This document shows, piece after piece, positions 10,901-25,544 of a DNA stretch of 64,000 nt. Made by a program: the position numbers and the translations under genes. Source of the stretch: the human T2T-CHM13v2.0 reference genome, Homo sapiens; NCBI RefSeq assembly GCF_009914755.1, contig NC_060943.1, one strand, 5' to 3'. The notes under the pieces were generated by a model, which did no database searches, was not told where the DNA came from, and worked only from the letters and a program-made list of their open reading frames with translations. The first letter of the stretch is position 1; each line of letters opens with the position of its first letter.

Positions 10901-13900
10901 TGTGATGTGTGCGTTCAACTCACACAGTTTAACCTTTCTTTTCATAGAGCAGTTGGGAAACACTCTGTTTGTAAAGTCTGCAAGTGGATATTCAGACATC
11001 CTTGAGGCTTTCGTTGGAAACGGGATTTCTTCATATTCTGCTAGAAAGAAGAATTCTCAGTAACTTCCTTGTGTTGTGTGTATTCAACTCACAGAGTTGA
11101 ACGATCCTTTACACAGAGCAGACTTGAAACACTCTTTTTGTGGAATTTGCAAGTGGAGATTTCAGCCGCTTTGAGGTCAATGGTAGAATAGGAAATATCT
11201 TCCTATAGAAACTAGACAGAATGATTCTCAGAAACTCCTTTGTGATGTGTGCGTTCAACTCACACAGTTTAACCTTTCTTTTCATAGAGCAGTTAGGAAA
11301 CACTCTGTTTGTAAAGTCTGCAAGTGGATATTCAGACCTCCTTGAGGCCTTCGTTGGAAACGGGATTTCTTCATATTATGCTAGACAGAAGAATTCTCAG
11401 GAACTTCCTTGTGTTGTGTGTATTCAACTCACAGAGTTGAACGATCCTTTACACAGAGCAGACTTGAAACACTCTTTTTGTGGAATTTGCAAGTGGAGAT
11501 TTCAGCCGCTTTGAGGTCAATGGTAGAATAGGAAATATCTTCCTATAGAAACTAGACAGAATGATTCTCAGAAACTCCTTTGTGATGTGTGCGTTCAACT
11601 CAGAGAGTTCAACCTTTCTTTTCATAGAGCAGTTGGGAAACACTCTGTTTGTAAAGTCTGCAAGTGGATATTCAGACTTCTTTGAGGCCTTCGTTGGAAG
11701 CGGGATTTCTTCATATTCTGCTAGACAGAAGAATTCTCAGTAACTGCCTTGTGTTGTGTGTATTCAACTCACAGAGTTGAACGATCCTTTACACAGAGCA
11801 GACTTGAAACACTCTTTTTGTGGAATTTGCAAGTGGAGATTTCAGCCGCTTTGAGGTCAATGGTAGAATAGGAAATATCTTCCTATAGAAACTAGACAGA
11901 ATGATTCTCAGAAACTCCTTTGTGATGTGTGCGTTCAACTCACAGAGTTTAACCTTTCTTTTCATAGAGCAGTTAGGAAATACTCTGTTTGTAAAGTCTG
12001 CAAGTGGATATTCAGACCTCCTTGAGGCCTTCGTTGGAAACGGGATTTCTTCATATTATGCTAGACAGAAGAATTCTCAGTAACTTCCTTGTGTTGTGTG
12101 TATTCAACTCACAGAGTTGAACGATCCTTTACACAGAGCAGACTTGAAACACTCTTTTTGTGGAATTTGCAAGTGGAGATTTCAGCCGCTTTGAGGTCAA
12201 TGGTAGAATAGGAAATATCTTCCTATAGAAACTAGACAGAATGATTCTCAGAAACTCCTTTGTGATGTGTGCGTTCAACTCACAGAGTTCAACCTTTCTT
12301 TTCATAGAGCAGTTGGGAAACACTCTGTTTGTAAAGTCTGCAAGTGGACATTCAGACTTCTTTGAGGCCTTCGTTGGAAGCGGGATTTCTTCATATTCTG
12401 CTAGACAGAAGAATTCTCAGTAACTGCCTTGTGTTGTGTGTATTCAACTCACAGAGTTGAACGATCCTTTACACAGAGCAGACTTGAAACACTCTTTTTG
12501 TGGAATTTGCAAGTGGAGATTTCAGCCGCTTTGAGGTCAATGGTAGAATAGGAAATATCTTCCTATAGAAACTAGACAGAATGATTCTCAGAAACTCCTT
12601 TGTGATGTGTGCGTTCAACTCACAGAGTTTACCCTTTCTTTTCATAGAGCAGTTAGGAAACACTCTGTTTGTAAAGTCTGCAAGTGGATATTCAGACATC
12701 CTTGAGGCTTTCGTTGGAAACGGGATTTCTTCATATTCTGCTGGAAAGAAGAATTCTCAGTAACTTCCTTGTGTTGTGTGTATTCAACTCACAGAGTTGA
12801 ACGATCCTTTACACAGAGCAGACTTGAAACACTCTTTTTGTGGAATTTGCAAGTGGAGATTTCAGCCGCTTTGAGGTCAATGGTAGAATAGGAAATATCT
12901 TCCTATAGAAACTAGACAGAATGATTCTCAGAAACTCCTTTGTGATGTGTGCGTTCAACTCACACAGTTTAACCTTTCTTTTCATAGAGCAGTTAGGAAA
13001 CACTCTGTTTGTAAAGTCTGCAAGTGGATATTCAGACCTCCTTGAGGCCTTCGTTGGAAACGGGATTTCTTCATATTATGCTAGACAGAAGAATTCTCAG
13101 TAACTTCCTTGTGTTGTGTGTATTCAACTCACAGAGTTGAACGATCCTTTACACAGAGCAGACTTGAAACACTCTTTTTGTGGAATTTGCAAGTGGAGAT
13201 TTCAGCCGCTTTGAGTTCAATGGTAGAATAGGAAATATCTTCCTATAGAAACTAGACAGAATGATTCTCAGAAACTCCTTTGTGATGTGTGCGTTCAACT
13301 CACAGAGTTTAACCTTTCTTTTCATAGAGCAGTTAGGAAACACTCTGTTTGTAAAGTCTGCAAGTGGATATTCAGACATCCTTGAGGCTTTCGTTGGAAA
13401 CGGGATTTCTTCATATTCTGCTAGAAAGAAGAATTCTCAGTAACTTCCTTGTGTTGTGTGTATTCAACTCACAGAGTTGAACGATCCTTTACACAGAGCA
13501 GACTTGAAACACTCTTTTTGTGGAATTTGCAAGTGGAGATTTCAGCCGCTTTGAGGTCAATGGTAGAATAGGAAATATCTTCCTATAGAAACTAGACAGA
13601 ATGATTCTCAGAAACTCCTTTGTGATGTGTGCGTTCAACTCACACAGTTTAACCTTTCTTTTCATAGCGCAGTTGAGAAACACTCTGTTTGTAAAGTCTG
13701 CAAGTGGATATTCAGACATCCTTGAGGCTTTCGTTGGAAACGGGATTTCTTCATATTCTGCTAGAAAGAAGAATTCTCAGTAACTTCCTTGTGTTGTGTG
13801 TATTCAACTCACAGAGTTGAACGATCCTTTACACAGAGCAGACTTGAAACACTCTTTTTGTGGAATTTGCAAGTGGAGATTTCAGCCGCTTTGAGGTCAA

Positions 13901-16900
13901 TGGTAGAATAGGAAATATCTTCCTATAGAAACTAGACAGAATGATTCTCAGAAACTCCTTTGTGATGTGTGCGTTCAACTCACAGAGTTTAACCTTTCTT
14001 TTCATAGAGCAGTTAGGAAACACTCTGTTTGTAAAGTCTGCAAGTGGATATTCAGACATCCTTGAGGCTTTCGTTGGAAACGGGATTTCTTCATATTCTG
14101 CTAGAAAGAAGAATTCTCAGTAACTTCCTTGTGTTGTGTGTATTCAACTCACAGAGTTGAACGATCCTTTACACAGAGCAGACTTGAAACACTCTTTTTG
14201 TGGAATTTGCAAGTGGAGATTTCAGCCGCTTTGAGGTCAATGGTAGAATAGGAAATATCTTCCTATAGAAACTAGACAGAATGATTCTCAGAAACTCCTT
14301 TGTGATGTGTGCGTTCAACTCACAGAGTTTAACCTTTCTTTTCATAGAGCAGTTGGGAAACACTCTGTTTGTAAAGTCTGCAAGTGGATATTCAGACATC
14401 CTTGAGGCTTTCGTTGGAAACGGGATTTCTTCATATTCTGCTAGAAAGAAGAATTCTCAGTAACGTCCTTGTGTTGTGTGTATTCAACTCACAGAGTTGA
14501 ACGATCCTTTACACAGAGCAGACTTGAAACACTCTTTTTGTGGAATTTGCAAGTGGAGATTTCAGCCGCTTTGAGTTCAATGGTAGAATAGGAAATATCT
14601 TCCTATAGAAACTAGACAGAATGATTCTCAGAAACTCCTTTGTGATGTGTGCGTTCAACTCACAGAGTTCAACCTTTCTTTTCATAGAGCAGTTGGGAAA
14701 CACTCTGTTTGTAAAGTCTGCAAGTGGATATTCAGACTTCTTTGAGGCCTTCGTTGGAAGCGGGATTTCTTCATATTCTGCTAGACAGAAGAATTCTCAG
14801 TAACTGCCTTGTGTTGTGTGTATTCAACTCACAGAGTTGAACGATCCTTTACACAGAGCAGACTTGAAACACTCTTTTTGTGGAATTTGCAAGTGGAGAT
14901 TTCAGCCGCTTTGAGGTCAATGGTAGAATAGGAAATATCTTCCTATAGAAACTAGACAGAATGATTCTCAGAAACTCCTTTGTGATGTGTGCGTTCAACT
15001 CACAGAGTTTACCCTTTCTTTTCATAGAGCAGTTAGGAAACACTCTGTTTGTAAAGTCTGCAAGTGGATATTCAGACCTCCTTGAGGCTTTCGTTGGAAA
15101 CGGGATTTCTTCATATTCTGCTAGAAAGAAGAATTCTCAGTAACTTCCTTGTGTTGTGTGTATTCAACTCACAGAGTTGAACGATCCTTTACACAGAGCA
15201 GACTTGAAACACTCTTTTTGTGGAATTTGCAAGTGGAGATTTCAGCCGCTTTGAGGTCAATGGTAGAATAGGAAATATCTTCCTATAGAAACTAGACAGA
15301 ATGATTCTCAGAAACTCCTTTGTGATGTGTGCGTTCAACTCACAGAGTTCAACCTTTCTTTTCATAGAGCAGTTGGGAAACACTCTGTTTGTAAAGTCTG
15401 CAAGTGGACATTCAGACTTCTTTGAGGCCTTCGTTGGAAGCGGGATTTCTTCATATTCTGCTAGACAGAAGAATTCTCAGTAACTGCCTTGTGTTGTGTG
15501 TATTCAACTCACAGAGTTGAACGATCCTTTACACAGAGCAGACTTGAAACACTCTTTTTGTGGAATTTGCAAGTGGAGATTTCAGCCGCTTTGAGGTCAA
15601 TGGTAGAATAGGAAATATCTTCCTATAGAAACTAGACAGAATGATTCTCAGAAACTCCTTTGTGATGTGTGCGTTCAACTCACAGAGTTTACCCTTTCTT
15701 TTCATAGAGCAGTTAGGAAACACTCTGTTTGTAAAGTCTGCAAGTGGATATTCAGACATCCTTGAGGCATTCGTTGGAAACGGGATTTCTTCATATTCTG
15801 CCAGAAAGAAGAATTCTCAGTAACTTCCTTGTGTTGTGTGTATTCAACTCACAGAGTTGAACGATCCTTTACACAGAGCAGACTTGAAACACTCTTTTTG
15901 TGGAATTTGCAAGTGGAGATTTCAGCCGCTTTGAGGTCAATGGTAGAATAGGAAATATCTTCCTATAGAAACTAGACAGAATGATTCTCAGAAACTCCTT
16001 TGTGATGCGTGCGTTCAACTCACAGAGTTTAACCTTTCTTTTCATAGAGCAGTTAGGAAACACTCTGTTTGTAAAGTCTGCAAGTGGATATTCAGACATC
16101 CTTGAGGCTTTCGTTGGAAACGGGATTTCTTCATATTCTGCTAGAAAGAAGAATTCTCAGTAACTTCCTTGTGTTGTGTGTATTCAACTCACAGAGTTGA
16201 ACGATCCTTTACACAGAGCAGACTTGAAACACTCTTTTTGTGGAATTTGCAAGTGGAGATTTCAGCCGCTTTGAGGTCAATGGTAGAATAGGAAATATCT
16301 TCCTATAGAAACTAGACAGAATGATTCTCAGAAACTCCTTTGTGATGTGTGCGTTCAACTCACAGAGTTTAACCTTTCTTTTCATAGAGCAGTTGGGAAA
16401 CACTCTGTTTGTAAAGTCTGCAAGTGGATATTCAGACATCCTTGAGGCTTTCATTGGAAACGGGATTTCTTCATATTCTGCTAGAAAGAAGAATTCTCAG
16501 TAACTTCCTTGTGTTGTGTGTATTCAACTCACAGAGTTGAACGATCCTTTACACAGAGCAGACTTGAAACACTCTTTTTGTGGAATTTGCAAGTGGAGAT
16601 TTCAGCCGCTTTGAGGTCAATGGTAGAATAGGAAATATCTTCCTATAGAAACTAGACAGAATGATTCTCAGAAACTCCTTTGTGATGTGTGCGTTCAACT
16701 CACACAGTTTAACCTTTCTTTTCATAGAGCAGTTAGGAAACACTCTGTTTGTAAAGTCTGCAAGTGGATATTCAGACCTCCTTGAGGCCTTCGTTGGAAA
16801 CGGGATTTCTTCATATTATGCTAGACAGAAGAATTCTCAGGAACTTCCTTGTGTTGTGTGTATTCAACTCACAGAGTTGAACGATCCTTTACACAGAGCA

Positions 16901-19900
16901 GACTTGAAACACTCTTTTTGTGGAATTTGCAAGTGGAGATTTCAGCCGCTTTGAGTTCAATGGTAGAATAGGAAATATCTTCCTATAGAAAGTACACAGA
17001 ATGATTCTCAGAAACTGCTTTGTGATGTGTGCGTTCAACTCACAGAGTTCAACCTTTCTTTTCATAGAGCAGTTGGGAAACACTCTGTTTGTAAAGTCTG
17101 CAAGTGGATATTCAGACTTCTTTGAGGCCTTCGTTGGAAGCGGGATTTCTTCATATTCTGCTAGACAGAAGAATTCTCAGTAACTTCCTTGTGTTGTGTG
17201 TATTCAACTCACAGAGTTGAACGATCCTTTACACAGAGCAGACTTGAAACACTCTTTTTGTGGAATTTGCAAGTGGAGATTTCAGCCGCTTTGAGGTCAA
17301 TGGTAGAATAGGAAATATCTTCCTATAGAAACTAGACAGAATGATTCTCAGAAACTCCTTTGTGATGTGTGCGTTCAACTCACAGAGTTCAACCTTTCTT
17401 TTCATAGAGCAGTTGGGAAACACTCTGTTTGTAAAGTCTGCAAGTGGATATTCAGACTTCTTTGAGGCCTTCGTTGGAAGCGGGATTTCTTCATGTTCTG
17501 CTAGACAGAAGAATTCTCAGAAACTTCCTTGTGTTGTGTGTATTCAACTCACAGAGTTGAACGATCCTTTACACAGAGCAGACTTGAAACACTCTTTTTG
17601 TGGAATTTGCAAGTGGAGATTTCAGCCGCTTTGAGGTCAATGGTAGAATAGGAAATATCTTCCTATAGAAACTAGACAGAATGATTCTCAGAAACTCCTT
17701 TGTGATGTGTGCGTTCAACTCACACAGTTTAACCTTTCTTTTCATAGAGCAGTTAGGAAACACTCTGTTTGTAAAGTCTGCAAGTGGATATTCAGACCTC
17801 CTTGAGGCCTTCGTTGGAAACGGGATTTCTTCATATTATGCTAGACAGAAGAATTCTCAGTAACTGCCTTGTGTTGTGTGTATTCAACTCACAGAGTTGA
17901 ACGATCCTTTACACAGAGCAGACTTGAAACACTCTTTTTGTGGAATTTGCAAGTGGAGATTTCAGCCGCTTTGAGGTCAATGGTAGAATAGGAAATATCT
18001 TCCTATAGAAACTAGACAGAATGATTCTCAGAAACTCCTTTGTGATGTGTGCGTTCAACTCACAGAGTTTACCCTTTCTTTTCATAGAGCAGTTAGGAAA
18101 CACTCTGTTTGTAAAGTCTGCAAGTGGATATTCAGACATCCTTGAGGCTTTCGTTGGAAACGGGATTTCTTCATATTCTGCCAGAAAGAAGAATTCTCAG
18201 TAACTTCCTTGTGTTGTGTGTATTCAACTCACAGAGTTGAACGATCCTTTACACAGAGCAGACTTGAAACACTCTTTTTGTGGAATTTGCAAGTGGAGAT
18301 TTCAGCCGCTTTGAGGTCAATGGTAGAATAGGAAATATCTTCCTATAGAAACTAGACAGAATGATTCTCAGAAACTCCTTTGTGATGTGTGCGTTCAACT
18401 CACACAGTTTAACCTTTCTTTTTATAGAGCAGTTAGGAAACACTCTGTTTGTAAAGTCTGCAAGTGGATATTCAGACATCCTTGAGGCTTTCGTTGGAAA
18501 CGGGATTTCTTCATATTCTGCTAGAAAGAAGAATTCTCAGTAACTTCCTTGTGTTGTGTGTATTCAACTCACAGAGTTGAACGATCCTTTACACAGAGCA
18601 GACTTGAAACACTCTTTTTGTGGAATTTGCAAGTGGAGATTTCAGCCGCTTTGAGGTCAATGGTAGAATAGGAAATATCTTCCTATAGAAACTAGACAGA
18701 ATGATTCTCAGAAACTCCTTTGTGATGTGTGCGTTCAACTCACACAGTTTAACCTTTCTTTTCATAGAGCAGTTAGGAAACACTCTGTTTGTAAAGTCTG
18801 CAAGTGGATATTCAGACCTCCTTGAGGCCTTCGTTGGAAACGGGATTTCTTCATATTATGCTAGACAGAAGAATTCTCAGTAACTTCCTTGTGTTGTGTG
18901 TATTCAACTCACAGAGTTGAACGATCCTTTACACAGAGCAGACTTGAAACACTCTTTTTGTGGAATTTGCAAGTGGAGATTTCAGCCGCTTTGAGGTCAA
19001 TGGTAGAATAGGAAATATCTTCCTATAGAAACTAGACAGAATGATTCTCAGAAACTCCTTTGTGATGTGTGCGTTCAACTCACAGAGTTCAACCTTTCTT
19101 TTCATAGAGCAGTTGGGAAACACTCTGTTTGTAAAGTCTGCAAGTGGATATTCAGACTTCTTTGAGGCCTTCGTTGGAAGCGGGATTTCTTCATATTCTG
19201 CTAGACAGAAGAATTCTCAGTAACTGCCTTGTGTTGTGTTTATTCAACTCACAGAGTTGAACGATCCTTTACACAGAGCAGACTTGAAACACTCTTTTTG
19301 TGGAATTTGCAAGTGGAGATTTCAGCCGCTTTGAGGTCAATGGTAGAATAGGAAATATCTTCCTATAGAAACTAGACAGAATGATTCTCAGAAACTCCTT
19401 TGTGATGCGTGCGTTCAACTCACAGAGTTTAACCTTTCTTTTCATAGAGCAGTTAGGAAACACTCTGTTTGTAAAGTCTGCAAGTGGATATTCAGACATC
19501 CTTGAGGCTTTCGTTGGAAACGGGATTTCTTCATATTCTGCTAGAAAGAAGAATTCTCAGTAACTTCCTTGTGTTGTGTGTATTCAACTCACAGAGTTGA
19601 ACGATCCTTTACACAGAGCAGACTTGAAACACTCTTTTTGTGGAATTTGCAAGTGGAGATTTCAGCCGCTTTGAGGTCAATGGTAGAATAGGAAATATCT
19701 TCCTATAGAAACTAGACAGAATGATTCTCAGAAACTCCTTTGTGATGTGTGCGTTCAACTCACAGAGTTTAACCTTTCTTTTCATAGAGCAGTTGGGAAA
19801 CACTCTGTTTGTAAAGTCTGCAAGTGGATATTCAGACATCCTTGAGGCTTTCGTTGGAAACGGGATTTCTTCATATTCTGCTAGAAAGAAGAATTCTCAG

Positions 19901-22900
19901 TAACTTCCTTGTGTTGTGTGTATTCAACTCACAGAGTTGAACGATCCTTTACACAGAGCAGACTTGAAACACTCTTTTTGTGGAATTTGCAAGTGGAGAT
20001 TTCAGCCGCTTTGAGGTCAATGGTAGAATAGGAAATATCTTCCTATAGAAAGTAGACAGAATGATTCTCAGAAACTCCTTTGTGATGTGTGCGTTCAACT
20101 CACACAGTTTAACCTTTCTTTTCATAGAGCAGTTAGGAAACACTCTGTTTGTAAAGTCTGCAAGTGGATATTCAGACCTCCTTGAGGCCTTCGTTGGAAA
20201 CGGGATTTCTTCATATTATGCTAGACAGAAGAATTCTCAGGAACTTCCTTGTGTTGTGTGTATTCAACTCACAGAGTTGAACGATCCTTTACACAGAGCA
20301 GACTTGAAACACTCTTTTTGTGGAATTTGCAAGTGGAGATTTCAGCCGCTTTGAGTTCAATGGTAGAATAGGAAATATCTTCCTATAGAAAGTACACAGA
20401 ATGATTCTCAGAAACTGCTTTGTGATGTGTGCGTTCAACTCACAGAGTTCAACCTTTCTTTTCATAGAGCAGTTGGGAAACACTCTGTTTGTAAAGTCTG
20501 CAAGTGGATATTCAGACTTCTTTGAGGCCTTCGTTGGAAGCGGGATTTCTTCATATTCTGCTAGACAGAAGAATTCTCGGTAACTTCCTTGTGTTGTGTG
20601 TATTCAACTCACAGAGTTGAACGATCCTTTACACAGAGCAGACTTGAAACACTCTTTTTGTGGAATTTGCAAGTGGAGATTTCAGCCGCTTTGAGGTCAA
20701 TGGTAGAATAGGAAATATCTTCCTATAGAAACTAGACAGAATGATTCTCAGAAACTCCTTTGTGATGCGTGCGTTCAACTCACAGAGTTTAACCTTTCTT
20801 TTCATAGAGCAGTTAGGAAACACTCTGTTTGTAAAGTCTGCAAGTGGATATTCAGACATCCTTGAGGCTTTCGTTGGAAACGGGATTTCTTCATATTCTG
20901 CTAGAAAGAAGAATTCTCAGTAACTTCCTTGTGTTGTGTGTATTCAACTCACAGAGTTGAACGATCCTTTACACAGAGCAGACTTGAAACACTCTTTTTG
21001 TGGAATTTGCAAGTGGAGATTTCAGCCGCTTTGAGGTCAATGGTAGAATAGGAAATATCTTCCTATAGAAACTAGACAGAATGATTCTCAGAAACTCCTT
21101 TGTGATGTGTGCGTTCAACTCACACAGTTTAACCTTTCTTTTCATAGAGCAGTTGGGAAACACTCTGTTTGTAAAGTCTGCAAGTGGATATTCAGACATC
21201 CTTGAGGCTTTCGTTGGAAACGGGATTTCTTCATATTCTGCTAGAAAGAAGAATTCTCAGTAACTTCCTTGTGTTGTGTGTATTCAACTCACAGAGTTGA
21301 ACGATCCTTTACACAGAGCAGACTTGAAACACTCTTTTTGTGGAATTTGCAAGTGGAGATTTCAGCCGCTTTGAGGTCAATGGTAGAATAGGAAATATCT
21401 TCCTATAGAAACTAGACAGAATGATTCTCAGAAACTCCTTTGTGATGTGTGCGTTCAACTCACACAGTTTAACCTTTCTTTTCATAGAGCAGTTAGGAAA
21501 CACTCTGTTTGTAAAGTCTGCAAGTGGATATTCAGACCTCCTTGAGGCCTTCGTTGGAAACGGGATTTCTTCATATTATGCTAGACAGAAGAATTCTCAG
21601 GAACTTCCTTGTGTTGTGTGTATTCAACTCACAGAGTTGAACGATCCTTTACACAGAGCAGACTTGAAACACTCTTTTTGTGGAATTTGCAAGTGGAGAT
21701 TTCAGCCGCTTTGAGGTCAATGGTAGAATAGGAAATATCTTCCTATAGAAACTAGACAGAATGATTCTCAGAAACTCCTTTGTGATGTGTGCGTTCAACT
21801 CAGAGAGTTCAACCTTTCTTTTCATAGAGCAGTTGGGAAACACTCTGTTTGTAAAGTCTGCAAGTGGATATTCAGACTTCTTTGAGGCCTTCGTTGGAAG
21901 CGGGATTTCTTCATATTCTGCTAGACAGAAGAATTCTCAGTAACTGCCTTGTGTTGTGTGTATTCAACTCACAGAGTTGAACGATCCTTTACACAGAGCA
22001 GACTTGAAACACTCTTTTTGTGGAATTTGCAAGTGGAGATTTCAGCCGCTTTGAGGTCAATGGTAGAATAGGAAATATCTTCCTATAGAAACTAGACAGA
22101 ATGATTCTCAGAAACTCCTTTGTGATGTGTGCGTTCAACTCACAGAGTTTAACCTTTCTTTTCATAGAGCAGTTAGGAAATACTCTGTTTGTAAAGTCTG
22201 CAAGTGGATATTCAGACCTCCTTGAGGCCTTCGTTGGAAACGGGATTTCTTCATATTATGCTAGACAGAAGAATTCTCAGTAACTTCCTTGTGTTGTGTG
22301 TATTCAACTCACAGAGTTGAACGATCCTTTACACAGAGCAGACTTGAAACACTCTTTTTGTGGAATTTGCAAGTGGAGATTTCAGCCGCTTTGAGGTCAA
22401 TGGTAGAATAGGAAATATCTTCCTATAGAAACTAGACAGAATGATTCTCAGAAACTCCTTTGTGATGTGTGCGTTCAACTCACAGAGTTCAACCTTTCTT
22501 TTCATAGAGCAGTTGGGAAACACTCTGTTTGTAAAGTCTGCAAGTGGACATTCAGACTTCTTTGAGGCCTTCGTTGGAAGCGGGATTTCTTCATATTCTG
22601 CTAGACAGAAGAATTCTCAGTAACTGCCTTGTGTTGTGTGTATTCAACTCACAGAGTTGAACGATCCTTTACACAGAGCAGACTTGAAACACTCTTTTTG
22701 TGGAATTTGCAAGTGGAGATTTCAGCCGCTTTGAGGTCAATGGTAGAATAGGAAATATCTTCCTATAGAAACTAGACAGAATGATTCTCAGAAACTCCTT
22801 TGTGATGTGTGCGTTCAACTCACAGAGTTTACCCTTTCTTTTCATAGAGCAGTTAGGAAACACTCTGTTTGTAAAGTCTGCAAGTGGATATTCAGACATC

Positions 22901-25544
22901 CTTGAGGCTTTCGTTGGAAACGGGATTTCTTCATATTCTGCTGGAAAGAAGAATTCTCAGTAACTTCCTTGTGTTGTGTGTATTCAACTCACAGAGTTGA
23001 ACGATCCTTTACACAGAGCAGACTTGAAACACTCTTTTTGTGGAATTTGCAAGTGGAGATTTCAGCCGCTTTGAGGTCAATGGTAGAATAGGAAATATCT
23101 TCCTATAGAAACTAGACAGAATGATTCTCAGAAACTCCTTTGTGATGTGTGCGTTCAACTCACACAGTTTAACCTTTCTTTTCATAGAGCAGTTAGGAAA
23201 CACTCTGTTTGTAAAGTCTGCAAGTGGATATTCAGACCTCCTTGAGGCCTTCGTTGGAAACGGGATTTCTTCATATTATGCTAGACAGAAGAATTCTCAG
23301 TAACTTCCTTGTGTTGTGTGTATTCAACTCACAGAGTTGAACGATCCTTTACACAGAGCAGACTTGAAACACTCTTTTTGTGGAATTTGCAAGTGGAGAT
23401 TTCAGCCGCTTTGAGTTCAATGGTAGAATAGGAAATATCTTCCTATAGAAACTAGACAGAATGATTCTCAGAAACTCCTTTGTGATGTGTGCGTTCAACT
23501 CACAGAGTTTAACCTTTCTTTTCATAGAGCAGTTAGGAAACACTCTGTTTGTAAAGTCTGCAAGTGGATATTCAGACATCCTTGAGGCTTTCGTTGGAAA
23601 CGGGATTTCTTCATATTCTGCTAGAAAGAAGAATTCTCAGTAACTTCCTTGTGTTGTGTGTATTCAACTCACAGAGTTGAACGATCCTTTACACAGAGCA
23701 GACTTGAAACACTCTTTTTGTGGAATTTGCAAGTGGAGATTTCAGCCGCTTTGAGGTCAATGGTAGAATAGGAAATATCTTCCTATAGAAACTAGACAGA
23801 ATGATTCTCAGAAACTCCTTTGTGATGTGTGCGTTCAACTCACACAGTTTAACCTTTCTTTTCATAGCGCAGTTGAGAAACACTCTGTTTGTAAAGTCTG
23901 CAAGTGGATATTCAGACATCCTTGAGGCTTTCGTTGGAAACGGGATTTCTTCATATTCTGCTAGAAAGAAGAATTCTCAGTAACTTCCTTGTGTTGTGTG
24001 TATTCAACTCACAGAGTTGAACGATCCTTTACACAGAGCAGACTTGAAACACTCTTTTTGTGGAATTTGCAAGTGGAGATTTCAGCCGCTTTGAGGTCAA
24101 TGGTAGAATAGGAAATATCTTCCTATAGAAACTAGACAGAATGATTCTCAGAAACTCCTTTGTGATGTGTGCGTTCAACTCACAGAGTTTAACCTTTCTT
24201 TTCATAGAGCAGTTAGGAAACACTCTGTTTGTAAAGTCTGCAAGTGGATATTCAGACATCCTTGAGGCTTTCGTTGGAAACGGGATTTCTTCATATTCTG
24301 CTAGAAAGAAGAATTCTCAGTAACTTCCTTGTGTTGTGTGTATTCAACTCACAGAGTTGAACGATCCTTTACACAGAGCAGACTTGAAACACTCTTTTTG
24401 TGGAATTTGCAAGTGGAGATTTCAGCCGCTTTGAGGTCAATGGTAGAATAGGAAATATCTTCCTATAGAAACTAGACAGAATGATTCTCAGAAACTCCTT
24501 TGTGATGTGTGCGTTCAACTCACAGAGTTTAACCTTTCTTTTCATAGAGCAGTTGGGAAACACTCTGTTTGTAAAGTCTGCAAGTGGATATTCAGACATC
24601 CTTGAGGCTTTCGTTGGAAACGGGATTTCTTCATATTCTGCTAGAAAGAAGAATTCTCAGTAACGTCCTTGTGTTGTGTGTATTCAACTCACAGAGTTGA
24701 ACGATCCTTTACACAGAGCAGACTTGAAACACTCTTTTTGTGGAATTTGCAAGTGGAGATTTCAGCCGCTTTGAGTTCAATGGTAGAATAGGAAATATCT
24801 TCCTATAGAAACTAGACAGAATGATTCTCAGAAACTCCTTTGTGATGTGTGCGTTCAACTCACAGAGTTCAACCTTTCTTTTCATAGAGCAGTTGGGAAA
24901 CACTCTGTTTGTAAAGTCTGCAAGTGGATATTCAGACTTCTTTGAGGCCTTCGTTGGAAGCGGGATTTCTTCATATTCTGCTAGACAGAAGAATTCTCAG
25001 TAACTGCCTTGTGTTGTGTGTATTCAACTCACAGAGTTGAACGATCCTTTACACAGAGCAGACTTGAAACACTCTTTTTGTGGAATTTGCAAGTGGAGAT
25101 TTCAGCCGCTTTGAGGTCAATGGTAGAATAGGAAATATCTTCCTATAGAAACTAGACAGAATGATTCTCAGAAACTCCTTTGTGATGTGTGCGTTCAACT
25201 CACAGAGTTTACCCTTTCTTTTCATAGAGCAGTTAGGAAACACTCTGTTTGTAAAGTCTGCAAGTGGATATTCAGACCTCCTTGAGGCTTTCGTTGGAAA
25301 CGGGATTTCTTCATATTCTGCTAGAAAGAAGAATTCTCAGTAACTTCCTTGTGTTGTGTGTATTCAACTCACAGAGTTGAACGATCCTTTACACAGAGCA
25401 GACTTGAAACACTCTTTTTGTGGAATTTGCAAGTGGAGATTTCAGCCGCTTTGAGGTCAATGGTAGAATAGGAAATATCTTCCTATAGAAACTAGACAGA
25501 ATGATTCTCAGAAACTCCTTTGTGATGTGTGCGTTCAACTCACA
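4927..25544 (+). repeat. Tandem duplication of a 10,200-bp (30-dimer) block
   Basis: Rare variants recur at +10200: GGCAT 5569/15769, TCATTGG 6253/16453, TTTAT 8223/18423, CAGAGAG 11603/21803, CTGGAA 12743/22943, TAACGT 14465/24665. The ORF tracks for 5101-15143 and 15301-25343 are identical. Confidence 0.93.
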
